Source of the DNA: Nemertoderma westbladi | Lineage: Eukaryota; Animalia; Xenacoelomorpha | DNA length: 64,000 nucleotides | Assembly: GCA_032718475.1 (NCBI GenBank) | Contig: JAUCBJ010005359.1 | Coordinates: 21,582 to 85,581, forward strand | Direction: 5' to 3' | Shown here: positions 23,737 through 34,488 of the stretch, piece after piece | How the letters are laid out: every line of letters begins with the position of its first letter | How positions within the stretch are numbered: the first letter of the stretch is position 1 | The notes under the pieces: model-generated | What the model was told of the DNA's origin: nothing | What the model saw: only the letters and a program-made list of their open reading frames with translations | Database searches by the model: none | Program-made: the position numbers and the translations under genes

Positions 23737-26337
23737 CTATTTCTTTTTCTGATACGCCTTTCGTCTCTTCGCCCGTCGACTCTCATCGATCGCTATGGCT
23801 GGTAGAGGAGCGTCAACATCCATCGTGAGTAACGCTTCGGCTTGTCTCCTGGCGGCTCTTCCTTTCGAAGGCATCGGGATCATGTCGGTTCGTCTTTCCA
23901 ACTCGGAGTTGCGAGCCTCGAGGAACCACTCTCCGTCACCGAACTCTTCTTTATACGAGTATAATCGTCTAATGACTTCGAATGGGCCGAATAATCCGGC
24001 GCTCAGTAGCAGATCCACGTAATGGAAAGGTAGCGTGGCCGTCGTGTGGAGGCGTTCCGGGAAGGAGAAATATCCGCGCGCCATCTCCTGCGCGATATTC
24101 CGAGCGTTTCTCCGAACCTTGGTCCTTAAGTGGCTGTTTGCGTATGTCTCAAACATGACCATATTGCCCATAGCGGTAACGTCTTTGGTTGGACATTTGA
24201 TATAGCAGCGGGGGCTAGCGGAATGTCCACGGAAACCGCACGTGGTGCAGAGGTTATAAAGGATCGGACAGACCGAAACGTCGTGGCCCGATATCGCGCA
24301 GTATGGGCAATAGAGTATCCCGAGGAGCTGGAGGCAAGAATCGGTAACCCGATTCCTTCTGCCGCGTGGGCACTGCTCCGAGCCGCAGTCGCCGCATACC
24401 TCCAACTGCATTTCTCGACCGGGGAATATCGGAATCGGGACGCCGACGTAGTATTCGAGTCGTCGGTCGCTCTTCGGAATATTCTCGGTGGTCGGTAGCC
24501 CGCGGAATGCTAGGCTTTTGCGTAGTATGTTCTCGCTCCGATAACCCTCTTTGTGTCCCGCTGGTCTCAACTCGGACGACCGTTTCTGGCGGTGGATCCA
24601 TTCAGTTTGCTCGGCGTACCAACGGGTTAGTCGCATAGGGTCCTGAGGAACGGCGGGTGTAGTAGCCACCGCTGGTCGGCGAAGAGGTGCCGGGGTTTTC
24701 GACGGAGGGATACCGAGGAGATCGTCGGGTGTCGGCGCATCGCTGGGGCCTTCCTCGACCAGTATCGCTGAGCGGGTCCGTTGGTGGCTGGTACTCGGAA
24801 TCTCCGACGACCAATCTTCGCCGCCCGGGAAAGGATACGGGGATAACCGTTGGCATATGTCGCCGAAGTCGCTCAATGCAGCTGTAGTGGCTACCTCCCT
24901 CGCGGGGCTACCGGAGCCGCGTGGGGTGTAAACGCCTGCTCTCTTCATCGGTTCGGCCGAGGCAACCCGTTTGGCGGCCGGTCCATACGCGGCCTCCGGC
25001 TCGAGTTGTCGCTTCGGGGTGGAGAGTAGAACACCCTCGTTTAGCCATATCTCTTCCCCTTCCGAGGAGATCAGAGGCTCCTCCGCACCGAGAAGTTCGG
25101 TAATCGTAGGGATGTCGTAAGGTCCGCTCTCGTCCCAGGAATCGATAACGGCGGGTGTTTTCGATTCTCCCGGTGTAATGTTCTCGACCGCTTTAAACGC
25201 GTGGTTTATAACCTCGTTCCAGTCGTAGTCGACGAAGGAAAGGGGGACCGCCGTAATAAGGTTATCGAGAGTTTTACAGATAAACTTAGCGACGGTGTAG
25301 CACTCCATAACGACGTAAACGTAGTTCCGTCGATCAGGATTCTCCCACCTTTGGTGTATCGTCCACTTCCGATCGACGTCCTTCCATCGACCCTCTCGCT
25401 CGCTCTTTATCTCTAATCCCGGGTATCCGCCGTATATTTTATTATAGTCCCGGTATTTCTGGGGTTTGAAGTTGATACCGCCGTTTAGCACAGCGAGGTA
25501 GCCGATCCCGGATTTCGTCGGTCTCACTTCTTGGAATCCTCGCATGAATTCGGCGAATCTTAACCAGGCTAGCAGCGTTTGAGTGTCGATGCAATGGCTA
25601 AGTGCGTTGAGGTCGTTTCGTCGGTTTCTTCCTGCGGGAGCGTTCGTGTAGTCGTTCCGGACGTCCGCCTTGATATCCGACCCGATTTTAATGACGTCGA
25701 AGTCGAAGAGGATCTTTTGGATTTCCGGAGGCAGCAACCAGATCGCTGCGGCTGCCTGCACTTCCTGTCTGGGTGTCGGGAATATTCGGCACACCACTAC
25801 CAAACCGTCCAGGGTTCCGAGGACGACGACTAAGGATCGACCATATTCTTTCGCCCCGTACTTTTCCTGGTAGTCGTCGCGGTTCTGGATAATCGATACG
25901 CGTTCCTCTCGAAGCGTCGCCGTACACTCCGACAGGTTTCCCCAGTGGGCGAGGTACGTACTCTTGTCGTCGACGAAACTTTGACATCTCGCCAACGTAA
26001 TCGCTTTCGAGGTGGGCGTCGCGTTTCCCTCGTTGTCGTAGATCAAACATCGGGATCTGTAGACACTCTGCCGGAACGTTTCCCAAAACGACGAATCGTC
26101 CCCTCCGGTTGCCTTTGCGTTCCGAGTTCTTTTCAGTCTCGTACTAGCATCGGCTAACCGGAGGGCTCGTAGATTCTTAGAATCCGGTCCCTCTCGCCCG
26201 GTGAATTTAACGTCTCGTACGTTCTCATTTAGCAGAGTGCTCCAATTTGTATCAAAGTCAGGGGATCCAGGTTGCGAATATTCCAGTAGATCTATCGTGT
26301 TACGTAATTCGCCGATAATTTGGCGATTTGGGTCCAT
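23737..26337 (-). CDS. Retrotransposon ORF3 (866 aa): DEDDy/RNase D-like 3'-5' exonuclease-like domain plus CCHC zinc knuckles
   Basis: LPPEIQKILFDFDVIKIGSDIKADV...CIDTQ...SGIGYLA...W...YVVMECY resembles the WRN/EXD/Mut-7 exonuclease pattern; CPYCAISGHDVSVC and CTTCGFRGHSASPRC knuckles; no signal peptide or TM segment, so not env. Confidence 0.75.
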   Translation of the reverse strand: MDPNRQIIGELRNTIDLLEYSQPGSPDFDTNWSTLLNENVRDVKFTGREGPDSKNLRALRLADASTRLKRTRNAKATGGDDSSFWETFRQSVYRSRCLIYDNEGNATPTSKAITLARCQSFVDDKSTYLAHWGNLSECTATLREERVSIIQNRDDYQEKYGAKEYGRSLVVVLGTLDGLVVVCRIFPTPRQEVQAAAAIWLLPPEIQKILFDFDVIKIGSDIKADVRNDYTNAPAGRNRRNDLNALSHCIDTQTLLAWLRFAEFMRGFQEVRPTKSGIGYLAVLNGGINFKPQKYRDYNKIYGGYPGLEIKSEREGRWKDVDRKWTIHQRWENPDRRNYVYVVMECYTVAKFICKTLDNLITAVPLSFVDYDWNEVINHAFKAVENITPGESKTPAVIDSWDESGPYDIPTITELLGAEEPLISSEGEEIWLNEGVLLSTPKRQLEPEAAYGPAAKRVASAEPMKRAGVYTPRGSGSPAREVATTAALSDFGDICQRLSPYPFPGGEDWSSEIPSTSHQRTRSAILVEEGPSDAPTPDDLLGIPPSKTPAPLRRPAVATTPAVPQDPMRLTRWYAEQTEWIHRQKRSSELRPAGHKEGYRSENILRKSLAFRGLPTTENIPKSDRRLEYYVGVPIPIFPGREMQLEVCGDCGSEQCPRGRRNRVTDSCLQLLGILYCPYCAISGHDVSVCPILYNLCTTCGFRGHSASPRCYIKCPTKDVTAMGNMVMFETYANSHLRTKVRRNARNIAQEMARGYFSFPERLHTTATLPFHYVDLLLSAGLFGPFEVIRRLYSYKEEFGDGEWFLEARNSELERRTDMIPMPSKGRAARRQAEALLTMDVDAPLPAIAIDESRRAKRRKAYQKKK

Positions 26338-26884
26338 ATTTACGATTATATCCGTTACAAATTAGTTCAGTTAATTGTAAGTCCAGAAAGTCTGAAACTA
26401 TAGCGATAGCAGAATAATTCAGTTTTTTATTTAATTCAGTTTATTAATAACATTGCTATATAGGCATCTATCATCTTATTGCTAATACATTCAGCATTTA
26501 CAGTTACTATAGCTATACATTAATATCCAACCAGTTTTTTATGACTTTTTTGTCCTTTTCTTTTTTCTAATTCTTTTCTTTAGACTTTTTTATACCTTTT
26601 TTTTTGTCTTTTTTCATTTCATTATTATTTCATCTCATTTCATTTATTTCCACATATTTCAACACATTTATTTCCACCATTTATTTCACATTTATTTATT
26701 TCCACATCATCATTGGGTTTATAGCCCCCCGGCTATCATCATTTGTTATAAGCGCAGCACCAGGGTGCGCATCATTTCATTTTCATCAGCATACGCGTCA
26801 TCATTCAGGTTTATAGCAGAGTTGTCTGATCCTTTTCATCGTTTCCAACTATATTCAATCATTTTCTTTGGTTAATCTTTGTCG

Positions 26885-27312
26885 TGGAAGGGGTGTTACG
26901 CGGCAATCTGGGATCTACAGCTGGACTCATTACACCGCCTACGCCCCAAACTGCGCACGTAACGGACAATGACGACGCTGGGAGTGAAGTCACGTGGAAT
27001 GCACCAGGGACCCACCAGAATAACACTCCCAACAACATAAAGCTCAGTCGACGAAGTCATGTGGGATGGGGTTACGCAACATTCTGGGATCTACAGCTGG
27101 ACTCGTTACACCGCCTACGCCCCAAAATCCACGCAACGGTCCCACCAGAATAACGCGACTGAGAAACATAAAACCCTCTATCGTCGAAGTCATGTGGATG
27201 CACCATGGACCCACCAGAATAACGGGATAGAGGGGGTGTTGCGCGGCAATCCGGGATCTACAGCTGGACTCGTTACACCGCCTACGCCCCGAACTGCACA
27301 CGCAACGGACAA
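26885..27312. repeat. Three ~170-bp direct repeats between pol and ORF3
   Basis: Core gggatctacagctggactc(a/g)ttacaccgcctacgcccc at ~26910, ~27086 and ~27253. Confidence 0.85.
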
Positions 27313-27586
27313 CATAACATACTGCAATGAATACAATGAATTCCACTTCAAATCTTTGCCATTTCCAATAATCCAATATCGTAGGTCCTGATGACCAAAA
27401 TCAGGGTAAACAATGCATAAACGACCCTGCGTCAGTCGAAACATCTGCAGGGTGACGCTGGACTCCACATAACACGCGAGGAAACACAAATACCATTGCG
27501 TGGTTACAGTTGGTTTAAGGGGGGTCCATAACTCATTGTCAGTAAATCACAGTTTAAAAAGAGTTTGTCAACATGATGAGAAGGGT

Positions 27587-30500
27587 TTAAACACATTTGT
27601 CATTGTCACCGATGTCTGCAGCAGGATCCGTAGTAGGGATCTTATCACCTCTTGTAGAATCACCACTGTCATTGCCTTCAAGAAGGCACAGCTTCTGGAT
27701 GGGGCGTTGGTAGTGGCCCGCTTTCGTTCGTATCGTCACAGTCCTCGCAAGTCCGTCTTTGCTTGGGTGTATGGTCACGACCCGCGCCACAGGCCAGTGA
27801 ACGCGGTCTTTGAGATCTTCTTTAACTAGCACCATGTCGCCAACTGCGACGTTCCGGTAGGTGTTGTTCCATTTCCTCCTGGTCCGGAGGGTTATGAGGT
27901 ATTCCTGGGCCCAAATTCTCCACCAATGCGCTGCCAACGCTTGGGCCTTTTTCCAGTTTGTATGTTTCGCGATCTCGTTGGGATCCGGGAACATGGTTTC
28001 CGGGAGGAGGTGGGTTTTGGGTCTCCCCAGTAGGTGGTTAGGAGTGAGGGGTTCCAGGTCTGTGGGGTCGTCGCGGATAGGAACAATGGGTCGGTTGTTC
28101 AGGGTAGCCGTGATCTCGCAGAATGTTGTGCGGAGGGTGTCATGGGTTACCCGGGTGTCGCCTAGAGCGACGCGCATGGATCGTTTCACTAGGTCGATCA
28201 GTTTCTCCCATACCCCGCTCGTATGGGGTGCTAAGGGGGTCTGGAAGTGCCACTGTATCTGGTGTTCCTTCCAGACTTGGGATGCAGTGTTATCGGTAAA
28301 CCATCCCTCGATCGCCTCTCTAAGTTCCCTTTCTCCTCCCACAAAGTTTGTACCATTATCGGAATACATGTGGCGGCATGTCCCGTTGTTTGCCACGAAC
28401 CGACGCAGAGCGTTGATAAATGCGTGTTGTGTCAGATTTACCACGATATCTAGGTAAATTGCCCTAGATCTTAGGCAGGTGAAGATGGCTCCCCAGCATT
28501 TGATGTTGGATCGTCGTTCAATAACCGTGAACGGTCCGAAACAGTCCACTCCGGTGACGTAGAATGGTGGGGAATCCGCTTGTAGACGGGTGGCTGGTAA
28601 GTCGGCCATCTTTTGGGTGATTGGTGGCGCTAGGTAACGTCTGCAGGTGAAGCAACGTTTCAACACTTTCCGGATCAGTGGCTGGATGTGGGTGATCCAA
28701 TATCTTTGTCTTATATTAGCTATAATCCAATTCTGTCCTGCGTGGTGGTTGTCCTCGTGGCATTGTAGAATTAATAGCTTAGCTAGTGTCGACGTTCCGG
28801 GCAGGAGCGCCGGGTATTTAACCTCATATTCGACCGGGGCGTTTGCCATCCGGGTATTCAGTCGGATCAGTCCGTCCTCTCCCATCATTGGTCTCAGTTG
28901 GTAGACTGGGCTGTCCGGTTTCAACGTTTTGCCCGCACTAAGTTGTTCCCATTCATCGGGGAAACTTTCTTTCTGGACATATCTGACAATACACTTCTCC
29001 GCAATAATGAGTTCTTGTATATTCCGTTGAACTATCGGTTTGTTGTTTTTCCACCGTAGGAAGTTGCGAAGGGTTATAACGTGATAGACGAGCCGTCTCA
29101 TGGATGAAGTTCGCTCGATCAACTGATGTAAAGACGCCGCTAGTTGAGTGATCGTCGCGACGTTATAGTGCCTGCCCGAGTCCTTTGCAGGCTCAGTCAG
29201 GCAACTATAAATTTCCACCGCGTTGCTTCGATGGATTTTACGGATCTCTTTATCGTCCTCGGAGTATTTTCCACTATCGAGTTCGGGGTCGAATCGGGTA
29301 CTCCATGTCAACTGTGGCTGCCGTAGGAATTCCGGGCCTGTAAGCCAGAGTTTACTTTTACCGAGTTGTTTTGGGGTGGCGCCTCGGCTTGATAAGTCCG
29401 CTGGGTTTTCCTTCCCGTTCACGTGATGCCACTGTTCTCGGCCGGTACACTGTTTAATCTCCGTGGCTCGGTTTGCAACAAACGTGGTGTGACGCCGTGA
29501 TGGAGAGTGGAGATAATAGAGAACTATACTCGAATCTACCCAGAAGTGTTGAGATTCTATGGGGATCCGTAGGTTCCGCATGGCCATGCGATTCTGTCTT
29601 ACTGCCCAAACTGCAGCTTGTAGCTCGAGTCTCGGAATCGTTGCTACGAATTCCCCGGATACTGTCTTTGCTTTGGAGAATAAGAAGCTTGTATCGCCGT
29701 TACCATCGCTACTTAGTCTCCGTAAGAAGGTTACTACGCCGATTCCGGTATTTGAAGCATCCGAAAAGGTGTGGAGCTGGAAGATATCGGTGGGCAGTTT
29801 ATCGAGGAAGAACGGTCTAGGTTTCCGCATAAGATGTAGATGTTCGAGCTGCTCCGTCCATTTTCTCCATTTGACGCTAAGGTATGGGGGAAGCTCTTCG
29901 TCCCATCCCAGTCCTTCTATCCACATTTCCTTAATTAGGTTCATTCCGGCCAAGGTTACTGGAGATATGAAATTTAGTGGGTCGAAGATTGCGCTTTTTA
30001 TCGACAAACATCCCCTTTTTGTCATAGGCTTGGGTAGGGGTTTATATTTGAAGATGAATTCATCTGATTCTATGTCCCATTCAATCCCGAGTACACGATG
30101 TTCCACATCCTCCGAATACATCTTGTTATTTTCCAGCCGGATGTCCTCCGGAAACTTTTCCATAAGTGTTTTGTCGTGGGATCTGAACTTCACGAGTGGA
30201 AACCCTCCTTTCTTTAGACATTCTACCATCCCCATTGCTAGCTGATACGCCTCATCTACATTATCCGCGCCGGCGCATCCGTCGTCCACGTAGAAGCATC
30301 GTCGAATGGTTTCTATGACGGTTGGAGGGAACTCGTTTTCGCACATGGTTGCCGTCCTCTTTAGCATGTCACTGCATGCTACCGGCGAGTCCTTAGCGCC
30401 GAAGATCCTGACGACCATACGCATTACGTCTACGTCCTTTATCGTGAGTTGGCTAATCTCCTGTTGAGTAAGCGTTTTATCCGTCCATAGGATACGTAGA

Positions 30501-33500
30501 CAGTCCGAGTCTCTTGGTAATGTACGAACTTGATGAAACATGGCCTTGATGTCACAGGTGAATGCTACCCGGTTTTCCCTGAACCTAATCAATACGCCGA
30601 TGAGTGTGCTATATATGTTGGGTCCCGTATAAAGTTGACTGTTTAGGGATTCGCCCTGGTATATAGCGGCAGCATCATTTACCACTCGGATTTTCCCGCC
30701 TTTGCGGGCTTCTACTACATAGTGGGTCGGGAGATAATATGTTCTTTTACCACCTTGCAGTTCGTTCCGTGGTACCATTTCTGCTAATCCATCATCGAGA
30801 TATCCTTGGATTACGGTGTTATACTTCTCCTTTATCTCGGGTTGGTCATTCAACCGGCGTAGAATCCCTTTAAGTCGCCTAAGTGCCATGCTGGCGTTGT
30901 TTGCCATTGGTTTGTTTGGGTCCTTCCATAACATAGGTGAACACCAATGTCCGTCTTTAAACGTGGCCTGGTCGAGAACGTCCATACAATATTGGTCCTC
31001 TTCGGATGGGTTTTCGTCCTTTTCCGCGAACTCCTGGGTCTCCAAATTAAAATATTTCGTCATCTCTCGTTGGGTTTTCTCGGTTTCCAGGAACAAATCC
31101 TCGTCAAGATCCGAAGCTGAGCAATAACCCACAGAGGTTACCTTCTCTTTAATCTGACATTTAGGAAGGTAGGTATAGGTGTCCGTAGTTTCCTCCTTAA
31201 TGCCGCAGAGTGTCCATCCCATTATGGTTCGTTCAGCATAAAATCCATCATCCTGGTTTATAGATCGAGCGATATCTCCGGTGGGGATGTGTAGTTCCGG
31301 TGTATCAAGTCCGATCAGTAGGGTGATACGGTTCACGTCCAACTGCGGACACCTCAGGTCTACATCGTCTCGGTCCAATTGTATGAGGGGGGCGTACTCG
31401 GCTGATTGTCGGAACCGCACCCGGAGGTCTGTGTGTACCAAGGCGTTCTTGATGGTTAACTTAGCCGTTTCGTAGCCCTTCATCACTCCTTCCATCTGGA
31501 GTTGCACCTCCCCGGACTCTACTTCTTTGTTATCTGTGATGGTTTGTATGGGCCGTTTACAAGGTTCATATTCTAGGCCGAGTTGCTCGAGGAAATCCCG
31601 GTCGATGATGGTTCCGTCGGACCCGTTATCGAGGAACGCGAGTGTCGTCAAAGATTTGCCGACTCCTTGGATCCTTACTGGGATCACCTTTGCGAAGACC
31701 ATGTAGCGGCGATTTATAAGATTAATCGTGGCCGAAATATTGGTTACTTGTGGTGTATCGGTGTAGATTTTAAACGGGTTGGTTTCTCTCCGTTGGGTTG
31801 TCCGGGTTCCTTTGAAGACGTGGTTTGTTTCTCCTCTTCGCCTGGCTTCGATCCGAAAGGGGAGGGTAGTAAAGTCGAAGTTCGCGGGGATGTGGAGGAG
31901 CGTGTGATGGCGTTGGTCGTTACAGACAGCACAGCATGATCTTTGGTCGCACTCCCGAACATAGTGACCTGTTCCAAGACACCGGAAGCATCCTCGGTGT
32001 TTCATTATCGCCTCGAAGCGTGGGACGAGTTCGGCGAACTGAAACTTTCTGCAGAATTCCACTTTGTGTTTCTCCCCACAGAAGAGACAGAGCAGGGAAT
32101 TTGTGATGCCTTCCCTTTCGGGTGCCCAACTCGCGAGATAACATGCCCATTCCTCAGCGGATGTCGGTTCCTCGTAGTCTTCGTCGTCGGAATCCTCGGC
32201 CATGGTAATGGCCATCGTACTTACCGGTGGGGGGCGGAATCTCGGTTTCGGAGGGGTTATCTTACTCCTAGAGTTGCTCTCTATTCCGTCCAACTTTGCG
32301 AGACTTTGTTTTGAAAACATCGAGTCATTCATGGCTTCGGAGATATCGTCCAGGAATGCCGACATTTCAAGGAAGCTAGGATCTCGATCTGGATGTCTGC
32401 GCCGGAGATCTACACATTTATAAGCCCACTTACTTTGTAGCCATCCGGATAACTTCCGGGCGATCTGTCGGAGGTTTAGAATGTTGTTCACCTGGTCCTC
32501 CTTATTTAAGGGTTTCAGAGTATAATAGGCATCTTTCATAGAGTCGGAGAATTCCTGTATGTTCTGTGGGTCCCCTAGTGATCCCGCATCCTGTATCAGT
32601 CTCTCTAGAGTTTTATTAATTATAGTTCCGGTATTTCCGTATCTTTTGTCTAGAGTTTTCCATGCGTCATAGTATGCCTCATGAGAACCTCCTTCAAAAC
32701 ATGCAACGATTCTGCGTGGTTTGTCACCCAGGTATTGCGATAAATATACCAATTTCTGTGCGTCGGCTATGTCCGTTGATCCAATCTGCGCAAAGAACCG
32801 TTTCTTGAATCTGAGGTAATCGACGGGATCTCCTTCGAAGGTGCGAATCTCCATCTTCGGCATGGCAAGGCGGTTCTCCAACGCCCGGATGATGCTGACG
32901 TCGTCTGAACTGGAGTGACTCGGAGGGTTATAGTTATTGGCACTCACTCCCATACTTGATGGATCAATGATAGGCGGAGTTTTAATAATGACGCGGCTGT
33001 GAGTTTGTGGTGTTGATGTAAATGGGTTGTTTGATCGGGGAGTGGCGTCCCGTTCCGAGTCCTTTTCAGGCTCGTACTTGGGTACACTCGCTGTCGTGGT
33101 GTTGGATGGGAAATAGGGTTCCTCATTCTTTAACGTAGCCGGTGGGGGATGGAACACCAGGGCTTGTGCCGATAGCGTAGACTGTTTGGTAGGCGGGATC
33201 TCGAGTTTCGGAGTTTTCGTCGCTGTTGGTGTAAATGACTTTTCTAACTCCGGTATCGGAATTGGTTCATATTCCTGATCTATATCCCTTTCCCAGTCCT
33301 CGTAGAGTTGAATATCTCGTTCTATAAGTGCGGCCTCGTATTCGGCCAGTTTCGCAATATCTGCATTCTTTTTGTGAGTGAGAATCGCTTGGGCCTCGGC
33401 GTGTTGTTTACGCATTTCTGCTTCCCATTTACGTTGTTCGATCTCTTGTTTGGCCTCTCGTTCATGTTGTTCGATCTCTCGTTTGGCCTCTCGTTCACGT

Positions 33501-34300
33501 TGTTCGATCTCTCGTTGGGCCTCTCGTTCACGTTGTTCGATCTCTCGTTGGGCCTCTTGTTCACGTTGTTCGATCTCTCGTTGGGCCTCTTGTTCACGTT
33601 GTTCGATCTCCTGTCTGCGTTGTTCGACCCGTCGTTCGACCTCTTGTTCGGCCTCTCGCTTTTGTGTTTCGGCGGCTAATACATCTTGCTCGGCTTGCAG
33701 TTGAATATACTCATCTTCCATCCGAGCTTTGAGGGCTAATGCCTTCCGTTCTCGCAGTTGGTCTCGGAGTGGCTGACCCCCTTGAGAGCTATGCGCTGAG
33801 CCGGATCTCTCGCTCCTAGCGCTGGAGTGCTGATTTCTAGCGGACCCCGTTCTTTTTTGATGCACTGCCGTCCTGATGCTGGAGGATCGTACTGATTCCG
33901 CGTCCGTTCTTTCAGCCCTCTTGTAGTACTGTTCCTCATAGCCTCTCACAAGGCTGAGGGTCCTCCGGTGTTGTTTGCGGAACCCATCTAGATGTACAAC
34001 GTGTTCTTCCAACTTGGGGTAGTTTTCCTGATCGGTGGAGGGAACGAGATCTTGGTACGCCTGTATCATTCTTTCGTACCGCTGTAGGATATTTCGGATA
34101 CTTTGAAGCTGAGTTTGTACCTCATTGAGGGGGGTTTTGACTCCCTTGAGTTGTTTCTCCATCCGTTGATACGCTCGGGTTACTCCGCCTTTAAGGGCCC
34201 CTAACCGACGGGTCATGTTCTTGACATTTGGTACCTCGTCGGTTTCCGAGTCTGTGTGGTGATCCATCTCGTCGGTATCGGATACGTTATTTGTTGTCAT
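27587..34300 (-). CDS. BEL/Pao Gag-Pol polyprotein (2237 aa)
   Basis: Coiled-coil Gag, FEGDP (DUF1759-like), three Zn knuckles ending HHTLLH, protease FLDNGS, RT YVDD, RNase H FSDAS/IPRLELQAA/NPADLSSRG, integrase HHCC, GVDCFGP, SDNGTNF and GVWE. Confidence 0.97.
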   Translation of the reverse strand: MTTNNVSDTDEMDHHTDSETDEVPNVKNMTRRLGALKGGVTRAYQRMEKQLKGVKTPLNEVQTQLQSIRNILQRYERMIQAYQDLVPSTDQENYPKLEEHVVHLDGFRKQHRRTLSLVRGYEEQYYKRAERTDAESVRSSSIRTAVHQKRTGSARNQHSSARSERSGSAHSSQGGQPLRDQLRERKALALKARMEDEYIQLQAEQDVLAAETQKREAEQEVERRVEQRRQEIEQREQEAQREIEQREQEAQREIEQREREAQREIEQREREAKREIEQHEREAKQEIEQRKWEAEMRKQHAEAQAILTHKKNADIAKLAEYEAALIERDIQLYEDWERDIDQEYEPIPIPELEKSFTPTATKTPKLEIPPTKQSTLSAQALVFHPPPATLKNEEPYFPSNTTTASVPKYEPEKDSERDATPRSNNPFTSTPQTHSRVIIKTPPIIDPSSMGVSANNYNPPSHSSSDDVSIIRALENRLAMPKMEIRTFEGDPVDYLRFKKRFFAQIGSTDIADAQKLVYLSQYLGDKPRRIVACFEGGSHEAYYDAWKTLDKRYGNTGTIINKTLERLIQDAGSLGDPQNIQEFSDSMKDAYYTLKPLNKEDQVNNILNLRQIARKLSGWLQSKWAYKCVDLRRRHPDRDPSFLEMSAFLDDISEAMNDSMFSKQSLAKLDGIESNSRSKITPPKPRFRPPPVSTMAITMAEDSDDEDYEEPTSAEEWACYLASWAPEREGITNSLLCLFCGEKHKVEFCRKFQFAELVPRFEAIMKHRGCFRCLGTGHYVRECDQRSCCAVCNDQRHHTLLHIPANFDFTTLPFRIEARRRGETNHVFKGTRTTQRRETNPFKIYTDTPQVTNISATINLINRRYMVFAKVIPVRIQGVGKSLTTLAFLDNGSDGTIIDRDFLEQLGLEYEPCKRPIQTITDNKEVESGEVQLQMEGVMKGYETAKLTIKNALVHTDLRVRFRQSAEYAPLIQLDRDDVDLRCPQLDVNRITLLIGLDTPELHIPTGDIARSINQDDGFYAERTIMGWTLCGIKEETTDTYTYLPKCQIKEKVTSVGYCSASDLDEDLFLETEKTQREMTKYFNLETQEFAEKDENPSEEDQYCMDVLDQATFKDGHWCSPMLWKDPNKPMANNASMALRRLKGILRRLNDQPEIKEKYNTVIQGYLDDGLAEMVPRNELQGGKRTYYLPTHYVVEARKGGKIRVVNDAAAIYQGESLNSQLYTGPNIYSTLIGVLIRFRENRVAFTCDIKAMFHQVRTLPRDSDCLRILWTDKTLTQQEISQLTIKDVDVMRMVVRIFGAKDSPVACSDMLKRTATMCENEFPPTVIETIRRCFYVDDGCAGADNVDEAYQLAMGMVECLKKGGFPLVKFRSHDKTLMEKFPEDIRLENNKMYSEDVEHRVLGIEWDIESDEFIFKYKPLPKPMTKRGCLSIKSAIFDPLNFISPVTLAGMNLIKEMWIEGLGWDEELPPYLSVKWRKWTEQLEHLHLMRKPRPFFLDKLPTDIFQLHTFSDASNTGIGVVTFLRRLSSDGNGDTSFLFSKAKTVSGEFVATIPRLELQAAVWAVRQNRMAMRNLRIPIESQHFWVDSSIVLYYLHSPSRRHTTFVANRATEIKQCTGREQWHHVNGKENPADLSSRGATPKQLGKSKLWLTGPEFLRQPQLTWSTRFDPELDSGKYSEDDKEIRKIHRSNAVEIYSCLTEPAKDSGRHYNVATITQLAASLHQLIERTSSMRRLVYHVITLRNFLRWKNNKPIVQRNIQELIIAEKCIVRYVQKESFPDEWEQLSAGKTLKPDSPVYQLRPMMGEDGLIRLNTRMANAPVEYEVKYPALLPGTSTLAKLLILQCHEDNHHAGQNWIIANIRQRYWITHIQPLIRKVLKRCFTCRRYLAPPITQKMADLPATRLQADSPPFYVTGVDCFGPFTVIERRSNIKCWGAIFTCLRSRAIYLDIVVNLTQHAFINALRRFVANNGTCRHMYSDNGTNFVGGERELREAIEGWFTDNTASQVWKEHQIQWHFQTPLAPHTSGVWEKLIDLVKRSMRVALGDTRVTHDTLRTTFCEITATLNNRPIVPIRDDPTDLEPLTPNHLLGRPKTHLLPETMFPDPNEIAKHTNWKKAQALAAHWWRIWAQEYLITLRTRRKWNNTYRNVAVGDMVLVKEDLKDRVHWPVARVVTIHPSKDGLARTVTIRTKAGHYQRPIQKLCLLEGNDSGDSTRGDKIPTTDPAADIGDNDKCV
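33430..33612 (-). repeat. 33-bp coding tandem repeat in gag (EQREREAQREI, ~5-6 copies)
   Basis: Repeated cgttgttcgatctctcgttgggcctc units. Confidence 0.85.
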
Positions 34301-34488
34301 TGTAACGCCTCGTCGATGGCTAGATACGCGATGTCGTAAAACAGTTCCTCGTAGGTATTGTACTCAGCTTGGACCACCCGAACAGTAATCCTGAATCGTC
34401 CAACGTTCGTTCCTTGTACCTCAACTTCGACGTGCCAGATTCCTGGCTCAACTTGAATTATATCAATGGGTGTGATCGATACTTCCAT
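34297..34488 (-). CDS. 63-aa upstream ORF overlapping the gag start (ATGA)
   Basis: ATG at 34488; its TGA (34299-34297) overlaps the gag ATG (34300-34298); protein-like composition. Confidence 0.5.
   Translation of the reverse strand: MEVSITPIDIIQVEPGIWHVEVEVQGTNVGRFRITVRVVQAEYNTYEELFYDIAYLAIDEALQ

Noticed and set aside
23737-26337. ORF3 as an envelope gene
   Set aside because: No signal peptide, transmembrane anchor or fusion-protein pattern visible
27861-33704. Antisense ORFs overlapping gag-pol (likewise within TRPM and TMEM185)
   Set aside because: Shadow frames of long coding sequences with no recognisable motifs
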